This document shows, piece by piece, positions 40,740 to 50,862 of a stretch of DNA of 64,000 nucleotides. The notes beneath the pieces are model-generated. The model made no database searches and was not told the DNA's origin. It saw only the letters and a program-made list of their open reading frames with translations. This stretch comes from Bacillota bacterium. Lineage in GTDB: Bacteria; Bacillota; Ch66; Ch109. The first letter of the stretch is position 1, and the number at the start of each line of letters is the position of its first letter. The stretch lies in NCBI GenBank assembly GCA_050952625.1, contig JBMNLH010000001.1, positions 64,001-128,000 on the forward strand, written 5' to 3'. Position numbers and translations under genes: made by a program.

Positions 40740-41495
40740 ATGCTTGAATTACGCTCTGTTAGCCTGACTTTAGGCAACGGAAATGGCGGCAGCAAAGAGG
40801 TTTTGAGCCAAATAGACCTCACTTTGGAAGACGGCAAATTTTACGCGGTCACCGGGCCTAATGGCGGAGGGAAAACCTCTTTGGCTAAGGTCATTATGGG
40901 TATTTATCAACCGACAGCTGGTCGGATTTACTATAAAGGGGAAGATATTACGGATCTTAGTATTACGGAACGATCCCAGCGGGGGATCGCCTACGCTTTT
41001 CAACAGCCGCCTCGCTTTAAGGGAGTACGGGTTAGAGATTTATTGAGCATTGCCGCTAATAATTCGTTAAACGAGAAAGAATATCACTGTCTGATGCACG
41101 AAGTCGGTCTCTGTCCGGAAGACTACTTGAATCGAGAGATTGATTCGAGCCTGTCCGGTGGCGAAATGAAACGAATTGAGATTGCTTCCTTGTTGGCCCG
41201 TCCGGCAGAGGTCTGTATTTTTGATGAACCGGAGGCCGGGGTCGACTTGTGGACCCTCCGGCAGCTAGTCATGATGATTATTGAACGGCACCATCTGCGC
41301 AATATTACGACCCTAACGATTACCCATAATGAACGTTTCTTGTCAATGGCTGATGAAGTCCTGCTGCTGGCTGAAGGACAGATTAAAGAACGAGGCAAGA
41401 GAGATAAGGTTTGGCCGCTGATCAAGGACGATATCGCCTGTCAATGGAGACAGAAGTGTGGAGGCGAGGCTAGTGACCCTGACTGCTATCGATAA
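40740..41495 (+). CDS. SufC-like ABC ATPase
   Basis: GPNGGGKT, LSGGEMKRIE, DEPEAGVD; overlaps the SufB-like gene. Confidence 0.85.
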   Translation: MLELRSVSLTLGNGNGGSKEVLSQIDLTLEDGKFYAVTGPNGGGKTSLAKVIMGIYQPTAGRIYYKGEDITDLSITERSQRGIAYAFQQPPRFKGVRVRDLLSIAANNSLNEKEYHCLMHEVGLCPEDYLNREIDSSLSGGEMKRIEIASLLARPAEVCIFDEPEAGVDLWTLRQLVMMIIERHHLRNITTLTITHNERFLSMADEVLLLAEGQIKERGKRDKVWPLIKDDIACQWRQKCGGEASDPDCYR

Positions 41496-42402
41496 ACAAT
41501 TACTTGCATCTGTGGCGGATCTGCATGAGATTCCAACTGGTGCCTATAATATTCGGAAGGATGGCGAAGGGGTGGCCCGTCAGTCCACGGCGAATATTGA
41601 GATTTTACCGAAGACAGATCCTAAGCAGCCGGGGATTGATATTATCGTCAAACCGGGGACCAAAAACGAGTCGGTCCATATTCCGGTGATTATGACTCGA
41701 ACCGGAATGCATGATCTGGTCTATAATACTTTTGACATCGGGGAAAACGCTGATGTTTTGGTCGTGGCCGGCTGCGGAATTCACAACGCTGGGTGTGACT
41801 CATCCCAGCATGATGGAATCCACGAAATCTTGGTGCGCCGGGGTGCGCGGCTGCGTTATGTGGAGAAGCATTATGGCGAAGGACCAGGGGAAGGGCAGCG
41901 AATTCTTAATCCGCAGACGATTATCAAGATTGAAGAAGGAGCCGTTGCGGAACTGGAACTGGTGCAAATCAAAGGGGTGGATAGTACCCGCCGGATAACG
42001 CGGGCTGAAATACACAACCGGGGCAGCCTGCGCATGGTCGAGAAGCTGCTCACCCATGGTCAGCAAACAGCCGAGTCAGAGATGGAAATTTTCCTGATCG
42101 GTAAAGAGGCTAATGCCCAAATCATTGCCCGCTCCGTGGCCCAGGATGATTCCCGTCAGGATTTTCGGGCTAGTTTAATTGGACAAAACTACTGCCGCGG
42201 GCATGTGGAATGTGATTCGATCATTATGGATCAGGCCAAGATTGCGGCTTCGCCGCAGCTTCGAGCAGAACACATCGAGGCCGAATTAACCCATGAAGCG
42301 GCAATTGGCAAAATTGCCGGTGATCAATTGATTAAACTGATGACCCTAGGCCTGACGGAAAAGGAAGCAATTGACACCATTTTGAACGGTTTCCTTAGTT
42401 AG
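41473..42402 (+). CDS. SufB/SufD family Fe-S assembly protein
   Basis: VAGCG, GHVECDSI, AELTHEAAIGKIA..QL.KLMTLGL.EKEA. Confidence 0.88.
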   Translation: MTLTAIDKQLLASVADLHEIPTGAYNIRKDGEGVARQSTANIEILPKTDPKQPGIDIIVKPGTKNESVHIPVIMTRTGMHDLVYNTFDIGENADVLVVAGCGIHNAGCDSSQHDGIHEILVRRGARLRYVEKHYGEGPGEGQRILNPQTIIKIEEGAVAELELVQIKGVDSTRRITRAEIHNRGSLRMVEKLLTHGQQTAESEMEIFLIGKEANAQIIARSVAQDDSRQDFRASLIGQNYCRGHVECDSIIMDQAKIAASPQLRAEHIEAELTHEAAIGKIAGDQLIKLMTLGLTEKEAIDTILNGFLS

Positions 42403-42447
42403 GACAGGTCTAGCAACTAAACCCTGTCCCGAAGGTTTAGCTGAATC

Positions 42448-42579
42448 AAAAGACGTCGACTTTTATATAAGTGGGCGTTAAGTGGGGATACCTTGTTTAG
42501 ACTTCAGGTAAAGTAGTGTTTCTAGGAGTAGTGTTTCTATCTGAAGCCTTGATGTTCAGCGAAGCTGAGCGAGATCACT
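42448..42579 (-). repeat. Dispersed palindromic repeat family B, copy 2
   Basis: Reverse copy (..cttcagg..tctgaagccttgatgttcagcgaagctgagcgagatcact) with an internal agtagtgtttcta duplication. Confidence 0.8.
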
Positions 42580-42631
42580 CCAAGCAGCGGTTTACGCCGC
42601 TGCTTTCGCGTAGTTAAAGGGGGCAACACCA

Positions 42632-43531
42632 GTGAATCTTAATCTATTCATCACCTTTGTTCGGGTTATCGAAAAAAAGAGTTTGTCTGGGGCCGCCCGA
42701 GATCTTTTTTTAACGCAGCCAGCGGTAAGCAAGCAGATTCAGACACTGGAGGAACTGTATGGGGTTCAATTAATGGAGCGGGTCGGCCGGCGAATTCGCC
42801 TGACAGAAGCTGGTGAGATTTTTTACCAGCATGCCCTGGAAATCCTGGGTATTTTGGAAGAACTAAACGATGACTTAATCCGAACAACGGCAGGTGTGCG
42901 GGGCCGTCTGCTGATCGGAGCCAGTACTGTTCCCGGGCATTATATCCTCCCTTCATTTATTGGACGGTATAAACGCCAGTACCCGGAGGTTAAAGTGAGC
43001 CTGGAAATCGGCGATACCGGCAGTGTCGTTAATTCTTTGTTAGAACAGCGGGTTGACTTGGCCGTCGTCGGAGCAACAGTGAAGAACCATAAATTAGTAA
43101 GTACCTTATTTGCGGATGATCGGTTACGGTTGATTGTACCAGCGGCTCACCCGCTGGCCACCCGGACCTCAATCCAGATTGAGGAAATAGTTCAAGAAAA
43201 CCTGATCTGGCGCGAGAAAGGTTCCGGAACACGGCGCGTGCTGGAAGATCGGCTCGCTGATCAGGGAGTAAACCTGGATAAATTGAATATCTTACTCGAG
43301 TTAGGGAGTACCGAAGCAGTAATTACAGCTGTGGAAGAAGGTTTGGGGATTGCCCTGGTATCTCAGTGGGCGATCGGCAAAAGTACCGCCTTAGGCCGGA
43401 TCGCTAGTCCCGAATTGGAGGGGATTGATCTTAAACGGAATCTTTACCTGATTTACCGGCGTCAAAAGATTTATAGCCGGGCGATGCAGGCATTTCTAGA
43501 TCTAAGCAAACTTGATCTAAGCAAAAATTGA
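42632..43531 (+). CDS. LysR family transcriptional regulator (CysL-like, selenium-metabolism-associated type)
   Basis: AARDLFLTQPAVSKQIQTLE HTH, IGASTVPG.YILP, REKGSGTR, LGSTEAVI.AVEEGLG. Confidence 0.9.
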   Translation: MNLNLFITFVRVIEKKSLSGAARDLFLTQPAVSKQIQTLEELYGVQLMERVGRRIRLTEAGEIFYQHALEILGILEELNDDLIRTTAGVRGRLLIGASTVPGHYILPSFIGRYKRQYPEVKVSLEIGDTGSVVNSLLEQRVDLAVVGATVKNHKLVSTLFADDRLRLIVPAAHPLATRTSIQIEEIVQENLIWREKGSGTRRVLEDRLADQGVNLDKLNILLELGSTEAVITAVEEGLGIALVSQWAIGKSTALGRIASPELEGIDLKRNLYLIYRRQKIYSRAMQAFLDLSKLDLSKN

Positions 43532-43619
43532 GCCAGTCCTGGCCGGTTAATTTAGACCGAGCTCGGAGACAATAAGGCCAAGAAGCAGACTTTTTGAGTG
43601 ATTAGAGGGGGTTAAAGCT

Positions 43620-43895
43620 GTGGCAAAGCAAAATTGGCCGGTAGTCTCCAAAAGGGATTTTTTGGGACAAGGTGACTGGTCGCGAGAGTATTACGAAGGA
43701 TTGCTGGTAGTTAACCACGGTGAGCAAGGCTACGATTTAGGAGTAGAATTAGAGGGTGAGCAGGTTTTAAAGGTGGATAGAGCCTCAGCCGATGAGATTA
43801 AGGACCGGGTTCAGTATTGGGGAGCCCGCTTGGAGGATATTCGAAAAGAGTACGGGGTACGGGATAACCGCACCGCTGAGTTCTACAGGGGTTAA
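43620..43895 (+). CDS. Hypothetical protein
   Basis: 91 aa ORF with AGAGGGGG RBS. Confidence 0.6.
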   Translation: MAKQNWPVVSKRDFLGQGDWSREYYEGLLVVNHGEQGYDLGVELEGEQVLKVDRASADEIKDRVQYWGARLEDIRKEYGVRDNRTAEFYRG

Positions 43896-44193
43896 CAACT
43901 GCTACGATTTTATAGATTAATATAATCAACAGCTCTACAATATCTATATGAAACTAAGCGAATTTTTCGTGCTTCATCTGCTTAAATATACGAATCTTGG
44001 GTTATGACTCAGTCATCAAACTAGTTTGGGAACGAAAATTAAGGGAATGTAAACTTTTAAACGCTGACCTTTGATGGCGTCTCACCTTAGCTGGTTGGGA
44101 CTGCCATTTTTTTGTTTAGTGCTTGACCGAACTTCAGGTCTACGTTACATTATGATTAGATTACTGCAGAATGATAGATGGAGGTGTCGTTGT

Positions 44194-44478
44194 TTGCCTT
44201 TATCCGAAGGTTCAACCCTATCGACTATCTTGTGGTTTTTCGTTGTCCCGTTTGCCCTTTTAATCGGGATAATTGTATTGCCGCAACGAAATCGCCAAAA
44301 GAAACAAAAAGAGTTTATCGAAAGTTTAAAGGTGAAGGATAAAGTCGTCACCTATAGTGGCATTATTGGAGTCATTGAAAAGATCGGTCAAAGAACAGTT
44401 ATTCTTCGGGTCGATGAGAAAACACGGATGGAGTTCCTCAAAGAAGCAATTACCAAATTGGCTAAGGATTTGGATTAG
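44194..44478 (+). CDS. yajC: Preprotein translocase subunit YajC
   Basis: TM helix then PQRNRQKKQKEFIESLKVKDKVVTYSGIIGVI...KEAI; GGAGGTG RBS before TTG44194. Confidence 0.88.
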   Translation: MPLSEGSTLSTILWFFVVPFALLIGIIVLPQRNRQKKQKEFIESLKVKDKVVTYSGIIGVIEKIGQRTVILRVDEKTRMEFLKEAITKLAKDLD

Positions 44479-44746
44479 ACTTGAATTAGATTTAAATTGG
44501 CATTAAGCGATAATTATCGGATAAAATGTTTATGTTTGGTTTATTATTCTCACTGCGGGCCGAAAGCCCGCTTTTCATTGTTTAACCTCGTGCGGCAAGA
44601 AGTCTCCAGCTTGACAAACGGGTTAGTTTGGTATTACCATCTATTTTGTTGCTTTATGAAGAATACTCGGTTAGAATATGCTCATAAACATTATTGCTAT
44701 TATTTAGGCTCTTAATAAATTGAATAATGGGGGATTATAATCAGGT

Positions 44747-45697
44747 ATGAAACTGCCAGAATTGCAGATTGGCAATCTGATAGCCCGGCTCCCAATTATC
44801 CAGGGAGGGATGGCTGTTCGCATCTCTACTTCTCGCTTGGCGGCAGCCGTGGCTAATGAAGGTGGCATAGGGATTATCGCTATAACCGGGATGAGTGTTG
44901 AGGAACTAAAGGCTGAGATTCGGAAAGCGCGAGAATTGACCAAGGGAATTATCGGGATAAACTGCCTTTTCGCCGTGCGTGATTTTGCTACCTTAGTAAA
45001 AGCAGCGATTCAGGAAGGAATAGATTTGGTCGTCTCCGGAGCCGGATTCTCCCGAGACATGTTTCAGTGGGGGAAGGAATCAAACACACCCATTGTCCCG
45101 ATTGTTTCTTCAGCGCGACTAGCCAAAATCGCCGAGAAGTTAGGCGCAGCCGCGGTCGTAGTTGAAGGTAAAGAGGCCGGGGGACACCTGGGAACTACTG
45201 AACCAATGAAAAAAATCCTGCCCGAGGTCAGGGCCGCGGTCAGCATTCCGGTTATTGCGGCCGGTGGAATTATTGATGGAAGGGATATTGTTGAGGCCTT
45301 CAAACTGGGAGCCAATGGGGTTCAAATGGGCACCCGCTTTGCGGCCAGTGAAGAATCTGGAGCTTCACGTGAGTTCAAGGAGCTTTATTTGCGCGCTGCC
45401 TTAGAAGATGTTGTTTTAGTCAAAAGCCCGGTCGGTCTCCCTGGGAGAGCCTTGAAAAACCGGTTCTGGGAAAGAATTAATCAGGGTGAAGATCTAAGTC
45501 CGGAAACTTGTCGCGCCTGCTTAAAACACTGTTCTGGTGATTATTGTATTATGGAAGCTTTAGAGAAAGCCCAACAGGGAGACATGGAGAACGGCCTCGT
45601 CTTTTCCGGGGAGCTAGTTCAAAGAATCAAAGAGATATTGCCAGTCAAGAAAATATTTCAAAACTTGCTGCAGGAGATTGAGACTTCTCCGGGATAA
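44747..45697 (+). CDS. Nitronate monooxygenase / FabK-like flavin oxidoreductase
   Basis: PIIQGGM, VSGAG, VEGKEAGGH, IPVIAAGGI, GVQMGTRF, SPVGLPGRA. Confidence 0.9.
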   Translation: MKLPELQIGNLIARLPIIQGGMAVRISTSRLAAAVANEGGIGIIAITGMSVEELKAEIRKARELTKGIIGINCLFAVRDFATLVKAAIQEGIDLVVSGAGFSRDMFQWGKESNTPIVPIVSSARLAKIAEKLGAAAVVVEGKEAGGHLGTTEPMKKILPEVRAAVSIPVIAAGGIIDGRDIVEAFKLGANGVQMGTRFAASEESGASREFKELYLRAALEDVVLVKSPVGLPGRALKNRFWERINQGEDLSPETCRACLKHCSGDYCIMEALEKAQQGDMENGLVFSGELVQRIKEILPVKKIFQNLLQEIETSPG

Positions 45698-45710
45698 GTT
45701 TATCTGCATC

Positions 45711-45814
45711 AAAAGACTTATCCTTCTATAAGCAGGGTTACCTTGTTTAAATTTCAGGGTGAGGCAGAGTCTCGTCCGAAGCCTCGCTGCTCAGCGAAGC
45801 TGAACGAGTTCACT
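45711..45814 (-). repeat. Dispersed palindromic repeat family B, copy 3
   Basis: Reverse copy ending ctcagcgaagctgaacgagttcact. Confidence 0.8.
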
Positions 45815-46056
45815 AAAATACGAAGAATTACAAGTTGAGCAATCTGTTATTGGGAACCAATAGTTCCCATTTTTGTTTTTGTTGATTGTTTATTTATGTG
45901 TGCAATTTAGCACAATTTTGTTGCCAAGAGAGTTTTTTTCTAGAAGGATAAAGCTCATTAATGTCGAAGTATTAATTTAGAAACTTGTTAGGATTAGAAT
46001 CAATTTTCAAATTAGTCAAAAAATTATAACCCTTAAAAACTAAGCTTACATAAGGA

Positions 46057-47067
46057 GTGGGTAAAAAGTTGCAGCAAGACATTACTCAAATTAGAAATGG
46101 GATGTATCAGGCAGGGTATATCTGTGATGACAAAACTGCGACAACCTTATTTTTAGCAGAAGCCCTGCATAAGCCGATCTTGGTGGAGGGTCCGGCCGGG
46201 GTCGGGAAAACCGCGATCGCCCAAGCTTTTAGCCGCATGAAAGGTCTGCCCTTGATTAGACTTCAGTGTTACGAAGGAATTGATGAATCCAAAGCTCTAT
46301 ACGAATGGGATTACAAACGACAATTACTCCATATTCAGGCGGTAGCCAATCAAACAATTGATGTAAAAGAAGTCGAAAAGGATATTTTCTCAGACCATTT
46401 TCTACTGCGTCGGCCTTTGCTGACCGCCATCAGTTGTCCCACTCCCACCGTTCTGTTGATTGATGAGATTGATAAGGTGGATTTTGAGTTCGAAGCAATG
46501 TTGCTAGAACTCCTCTCGGAATTTCAGGTAACCATCCCGGAATTTGGCACTGTTAAGGCGGAACACCTACCTTTTGTTTTTCTGACATCCAACGCCACCC
46601 GCGAGTTATCTGAAGCTCTTAAACGACGCTGTCTGTATTTGTATTTAGATTTCCCGGTCCAAGAACTGGAGGAACAGATCCTGCTGTTGAAAATCCCGGA
46701 AATCCCGCAACAGTTAGCCGGGCAGATTGCCTCTGTTGTCCGCAAGATCCGGCAGGTTCAGCTGAAAAAATTGCCGAGTATCGCTGAAAGCATTGACTGG
46801 GGACGTTCGCTGATTAGCCTGGGTAAAGATGACCTGGATGTGGAAACTACTTTACGCACCTTGAATATACTAGCTAAATACAAAGATGATTTGCATAAAT
46901 TAGACCAGATGGTACAAACCCAGAAAAACTTAAACTTTCAGCCCGTACTAGGATCTTCGCTGTCAACTGGTTCAACCCCGGTGCCGGAAGCCAAAAGTAG
47001 TGAGGCCCCAAGTAAACCTGCCCTGACAATGAAGACAATCGAAAAATACTACAAGAATAAAAAGTAA
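46057..47067 (+). CDS. MoxR/CoxD-like AAA+ ATPase
   Basis: EGPAGVGKT, RLQCYEG, ALYEWDY, LLIDEIDK, TSNATRELSEALKRRC. Confidence 0.92.
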   Translation: MGKKLQQDITQIRNGMYQAGYICDDKTATTLFLAEALHKPILVEGPAGVGKTAIAQAFSRMKGLPLIRLQCYEGIDESKALYEWDYKRQLLHIQAVANQTIDVKEVEKDIFSDHFLLRRPLLTAISCPTPTVLLIDEIDKVDFEFEAMLLELLSEFQVTIPEFGTVKAEHLPFVFLTSNATRELSEALKRRCLYLYLDFPVQELEEQILLLKIPEIPQQLAGQIASVVRKIRQVQLKKLPSIAESIDWGRSLISLGKDDLDVETTLRTLNILAKYKDDLHKLDQMVQTQKNLNFQPVLGSSLSTGSTPVPEAKSSEAPSKPALTMKTIEKYYKNKK

Positions 47068-47078
47068 ATAGCGAGGTT

Positions 47079-48203
47079 TTGGGTATGGCCTTTTTCCATG
47101 TGATGCAGCGGTTTTGTGAAGATTTACGTCGGGAGGGAATCCCAGTTACGCCCAGCCATTCTGAGGACTGTTTTCGGGCTCTCTCTTTAATTGACTGGTC
47201 CGTTGAGGATTTTTTCTATTCCTCTTTGTTTGCCACGCTGATTAAAGATTATAACTATAAGCCTCTCTTTGACAATGTCTATAAACGTTATTTTAAATCT
47301 TGTATCAATCTGGAGAGTCTTAAGCAGCAGTTACTTAAAAAAGGCGAACTGTCAGACCCAGAGAGAGAAGCACCGGAGGACAGCGTAGCACTAGAGGAAG
47401 TAAACGCTCAGGCGGCGGAAAATCAAGGGTCCTTTAAAAACAAGAGTACCACAACTCCAGATGGCCGGAAGAATCCTTTGGCGCAGGATTTTCGTCTGGA
47501 TAGCTTAGAGGATATCCGACGAATGGAGGCCCTCTTCCCCCTAATGGCCAAAAGACTCGCTTCGAAAATGATCATCAAAAACAAGCGAAACGATCAGAAC
47601 TTTATTAACTTCCGTCGGACCATGCGCAAGAGCATGTCTACCGGTGGGGTACCGGTGGATCTGATTACCCGGCGGAAGCAAAAAGAGAAACCGGTGTTGT
47701 TCTGTTTGTGCGACGTTTCCGTTTCAGTACTGCAGTTCAGTTGCTTTGCCTTGGCCTTGTTAGCTTCGTTGGAAAAGTTCTTTCAACATGTCCGCAGTTT
47801 TGGCTTTGTGGATGAGATTGACGAAATCACTCACATGTTAAAGCATGCTGATCCGAAAACCCTGCGGGCTAATGTGTTGAAGAATGCCAAAGTGATTGGG
47901 ATTCGGGGGTACAGCAACTACGGCATATCCTTTAAGCACTTTTTCGAGCGGTATGGCGGGCAGTTGTCGCAAAAGACAACGGTGCTTATTTTTGGGGATG
48001 GCCGAAACAACTGGTATGATGATGAGGCCTGGGTCCTAAAAGAGATGCGGAGTCGATCGAAAAAGATCTACTGGTTTAACCCGGAAGAAGAAGAAAACTG
48101 GTTTACCGGCGACAGCCGGATGAAGGAATACCTGAAGTACTGTGATCGCTCCTTTGAGGTAACCAATCTGCTGCAGATGGAAGATGCATTTTGTCAGTTG
48201 TAA
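47079..48203 (+). CDS. VWA domain CoxE-like protein
   Basis: RRTMRKSMSTGGVP, LCDVSVS, SNYG, FGDGRNN, YWFNPE, W.TGDS; paired with MoxR. Confidence 0.88.
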   Translation: MGMAFFHVMQRFCEDLRREGIPVTPSHSEDCFRALSLIDWSVEDFFYSSLFATLIKDYNYKPLFDNVYKRYFKSCINLESLKQQLLKKGELSDPEREAPEDSVALEEVNAQAAENQGSFKNKSTTTPDGRKNPLAQDFRLDSLEDIRRMEALFPLMAKRLASKMIIKNKRNDQNFINFRRTMRKSMSTGGVPVDLITRRKQKEKPVLFCLCDVSVSVLQFSCFALALLASLEKFFQHVRSFGFVDEIDEITHMLKHADPKTLRANVLKNAKVIGIRGYSNYGISFKHFFERYGGQLSQKTTVLIFGDGRNNWYDDEAWVLKEMRSRSKKIYWFNPEEEENWFTGDSRMKEYLKYCDRSFEVTNLLQMEDAFCQL

Positions 48204-48205
48204 CT

Positions 48206-48371
48206 GCCACGGGGACGGTTCTTGTGGCTGGTAAACGGGCGTGAGGGGTGAGAGGTGAAGAGAAAGACGCGGTCGCGGCGGGGTCGGTTCTTATGGCTGG
48301 AAACAGGCGTGAGAAGAAAGACGTAAGGCGTAAAATATAAGGCGTAAACGTAAAACGTAAGACGCAAAGAC
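48206..48371 (+). repeat. Two REP-like GGGACGGTTC hairpin units plus heptamer tandem repeat
   Basis: gccacggggacggttcttgtggctgg and gcggcggggtcggttcttatggctgg, then gtaaggc gtaaaat ataaggc gtaaac gtaaaac gtaagac. Confidence 0.6.
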
Positions 48372-48512
48372 ATTAAACCTAGAAAACGCTACGTAGCTAT
48401 GAAACCGTAAGTCTTAAATAGTAAGCGACGGTTAAAGAACGTTTGTGCGAGATTATTTTATAGAATGAGTTATGTTATTAGAACGACATATAGAAAGAAC
48501 GGGAGTGATCGC

Positions 48513-48986
48513 GTGAGTCCAGTTGTGGGGGATCGGTTGCCGGCGAATATCTATGAGTATTTTCGGCCCAAGATCATGCGGACCGGCGTTGTTTCCACTG
48601 TTGATGAGGACGGCTACCCGCGGGGGGCCCCGATGTCTTTGTTTTATGCGCTGGATGATCAGACCTTGCTCATGGGGGCGCAAAACCGTTCGCAAACTTT
48701 TAAAAATGTTGAGCGGACCGGGAAAATAGCCCTGACTTTCCTGGGTGGGGGAGATGTCGCTTTCACGGTTCGGGGTAAGTGCCGGGTCTTCAAAACCACC
48801 ATGGAAACCAGTAAATACCTGGGCGTCCTGGTGGTCGAGGTGGAAGCCGTGAAGAGTGATGTGGCGATAGACGTTGAGGTTACCGATGGAATTCAGTACA
48901 CCTACCGGTCCCAGAAGTGGGAAGATTTTGTTAACCGGGTGTTGGACGAACTGCGGGGGTATACGTTGGCGGACGTTAAAGGCTAA
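48513..48986 (+). CDS. Pyridoxamine 5'-phosphate oxidase family FMN-binding protein
   Basis: VVSTVDEDGYP..APMS, SQTFKNVERTGKIAL, TVRG split-barrel pattern. Confidence 0.8.
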   Translation: MSPVVGDRLPANIYEYFRPKIMRTGVVSTVDEDGYPRGAPMSLFYALDDQTLLMGAQNRSQTFKNVERTGKIALTFLGGGDVAFTVRGKCRVFKTTMETSKYLGVLVVEVEAVKSDVAIDVEVTDGIQYTYRSQKWEDFVNRVLDELRGYTLADVKG

Positions 48987-49482
48987 AACTGGCTAAAACG
49001 TCAATTATTGACCTTCTTAAAAAACACTATGATCGATTTCCAGGTACTTCAGATACTGATAGTGCTGTTTTGCAATTTTCCTTGTAATGACAGTGCTGCT
49101 AGCCTCTGCGCTGAAGGGATACGGTTTCGTCCTTCTCTCGTTTTCCCTGTATTGATAGTGCAGCTAGCGACAAAGGTCTAGTTGCATAGTAATAACCATG
49201 ACTAGGTTGTTATGTCCATCAAAAGTTAAATCGTCTAGTTGCCTAGTAATAACTCGGCAGAAGAAACTTAGCCCAGCCTAAGCAGGGCGTTGTCCATGTT
49301 TGGCCGTAACCACACATCCTGCGCTGTAACCTACATAGATTGCTATATGTCGGTGGGCACGGTTAAAGCCATAATCATACGTCCTGCGCTATTTAACCAA
49401 CAGCTGTAACCTATTAGAAGCAATCAATTAGTCAGTCAAGAAGCTCCTTTTTCTTCCATTGTATACAGAGAGAGCGGGAAAA

Positions 49483-50584
49483 TTACAGAACCCTGGTCGT
49501 TGCCTGCCGGCTGTACCACCGGCCCAGCCTTTGCAATGCTTCCAGCTGCTCCCGTTGGCCGGCTTTGGTCCGTTTAAGGGCTTTTTGCAAAATGCGGGCA
49601 GAGTGTTCCATGTCCTCACGGTTTACTGGGTACGGGTGGCCGTCTTTCCCGCCGTGGGCAAAGGAGTAGCGCGCCGGGTCCCGGTAGCTGGGCTGAATCC
49701 CATAGGTCAGCTCTGCAACTAAGGCTAAAGCCCGCAGGGTACCGGCCCCGATCCCGGCAATGCCTAACAGGGCTTCAAAACTGCGGGGTCGTTGGTCGTG
49801 AGCAATGGACAAGGCCTTGTTTAAATAGGTCGAAGAGGGAATGGAGTGCCGGGCGGGCAGCGTCAGACTGGGAACTGTTTTCTTGAACAACTCCAATTCC
49901 CGGATCACACTGGCCGGGGGATAGGACACCAAATCAGTCGCGATCTGCCGGATATCTTTGTTTTCTCCGGCGACCAGGTTTAAGGTCCGGGCAGTCGCAT
50001 CACAGCAGATAGCTGAGTGCGGCTCGCACACAAAATCCTCCACCCCTCGGCTGAGCCAGTGGTAACGCCGGGCCTGCCGGTTATCCTCATTCATCCCTTG
50101 TTGAATTACGGTCCAATCGCCGCCCGGAGTAAAGACAAAAAAGTGATGATAGATTTGGTAGCCGTCCTGGACCGCTGAGCTGTCTACCTTAGCTGCCATG
50201 CGGCTGGCATACTGAAAATCCGCCACCTGGTTAGCGAAGCTAAACCGGTCACCTCAGCCGGGCAATCTCGTTTGGCGTGTTACGAGATACTCGGCCTTTG
50301 CCGCCGGCCAGGAAGATCCCCAGGTCAGCCTGCGCCTCTTTCAAACCTTCCTTAAGGGCCCCGCACACTGTCGTCGTTACTCCTGACGAATGCCAGTCAA
50401 AACCCAGCACACAGCCCAGGCTTTGAAACCAGTAAGGATCGGCTAGCCGTTTCAGAACCTCAAACGGACCGTACTCTTCTACGATAACCTCAATAATAGC
50501 TGCTCCCAAAGTCTTCATTTTAGTGAATAGCCAAGCCGGACATTTTCCGCCATGCAGCGGCAGGTTGGCAATCCCGGTTCGCAT
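49483..50584 (-). CDS. DUF763 domain protein, split by an apparent frameshift at about 50253
   Basis: MRTGIANLPLHGG, DPYWFQSLGCVLGFDWHSSGVTT and GGKG, then AKVDSSAVQDGYQIYHH, QQGMN, RRYHW and FAHGGKDGHPYPV in another frame. Confidence 0.88.
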
Positions 50585-50625
50585 ATCTTATCCCGTTCCT
50601 TTCTTTACAGGAAAATATGGTTTCA

Positions 50626-50713
50626 AGTGAACACGTTCAGCTTCGCTGAACATCAAGGCTTCAAATGGAGACTCTACTCCACCTGAAGTTTAAACAAGGT
50701 AACTCCCACTTAC
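50626..50713 (+). repeat. Dispersed palindromic repeat family B, copy 4
   Basis: agtgaacacgttcagcttcgctgaacatcaaggcttcaaatggagactctactccacctgaag..ctcccactta. Confidence 0.85.
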
Positions 50714-50799
50714 TCAAGAACATATGCTTGACGTCACATATACAGTTTTCCGCCGCGCCTCTATGATTTCTTAATTGATTATAACACTATTTAATCCCG

Positions 50800-50813
50800 C
50801 GAACAAATGTTTG
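50800..50813. promoter_or_regulatory. LexA (Cheo/DinR) SOS box
   Basis: CGAACAAATGTTTG matches Firmicute GAAC-N4-GTTY; lies between the divergent DUF763 and WYL genes. Weaker copy AGAACATATGCTTG at 50717. Confidence 0.65.
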
Positions 50814-50862
50814 TTTGAGCAATTGGAAAAATTAAGTTAGAATTTGGAGTAACCAAGCATTA

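Noticed and set aside
44070-44115. GATGGCGTCTCACC as a fluoride riboswitch upstream of yajC
   Set aside because: P1 cannot pair (TTTGA versus TCACC) and the TGATGAC pseudoknot strand is absent; better explained as a terminator hairpin.
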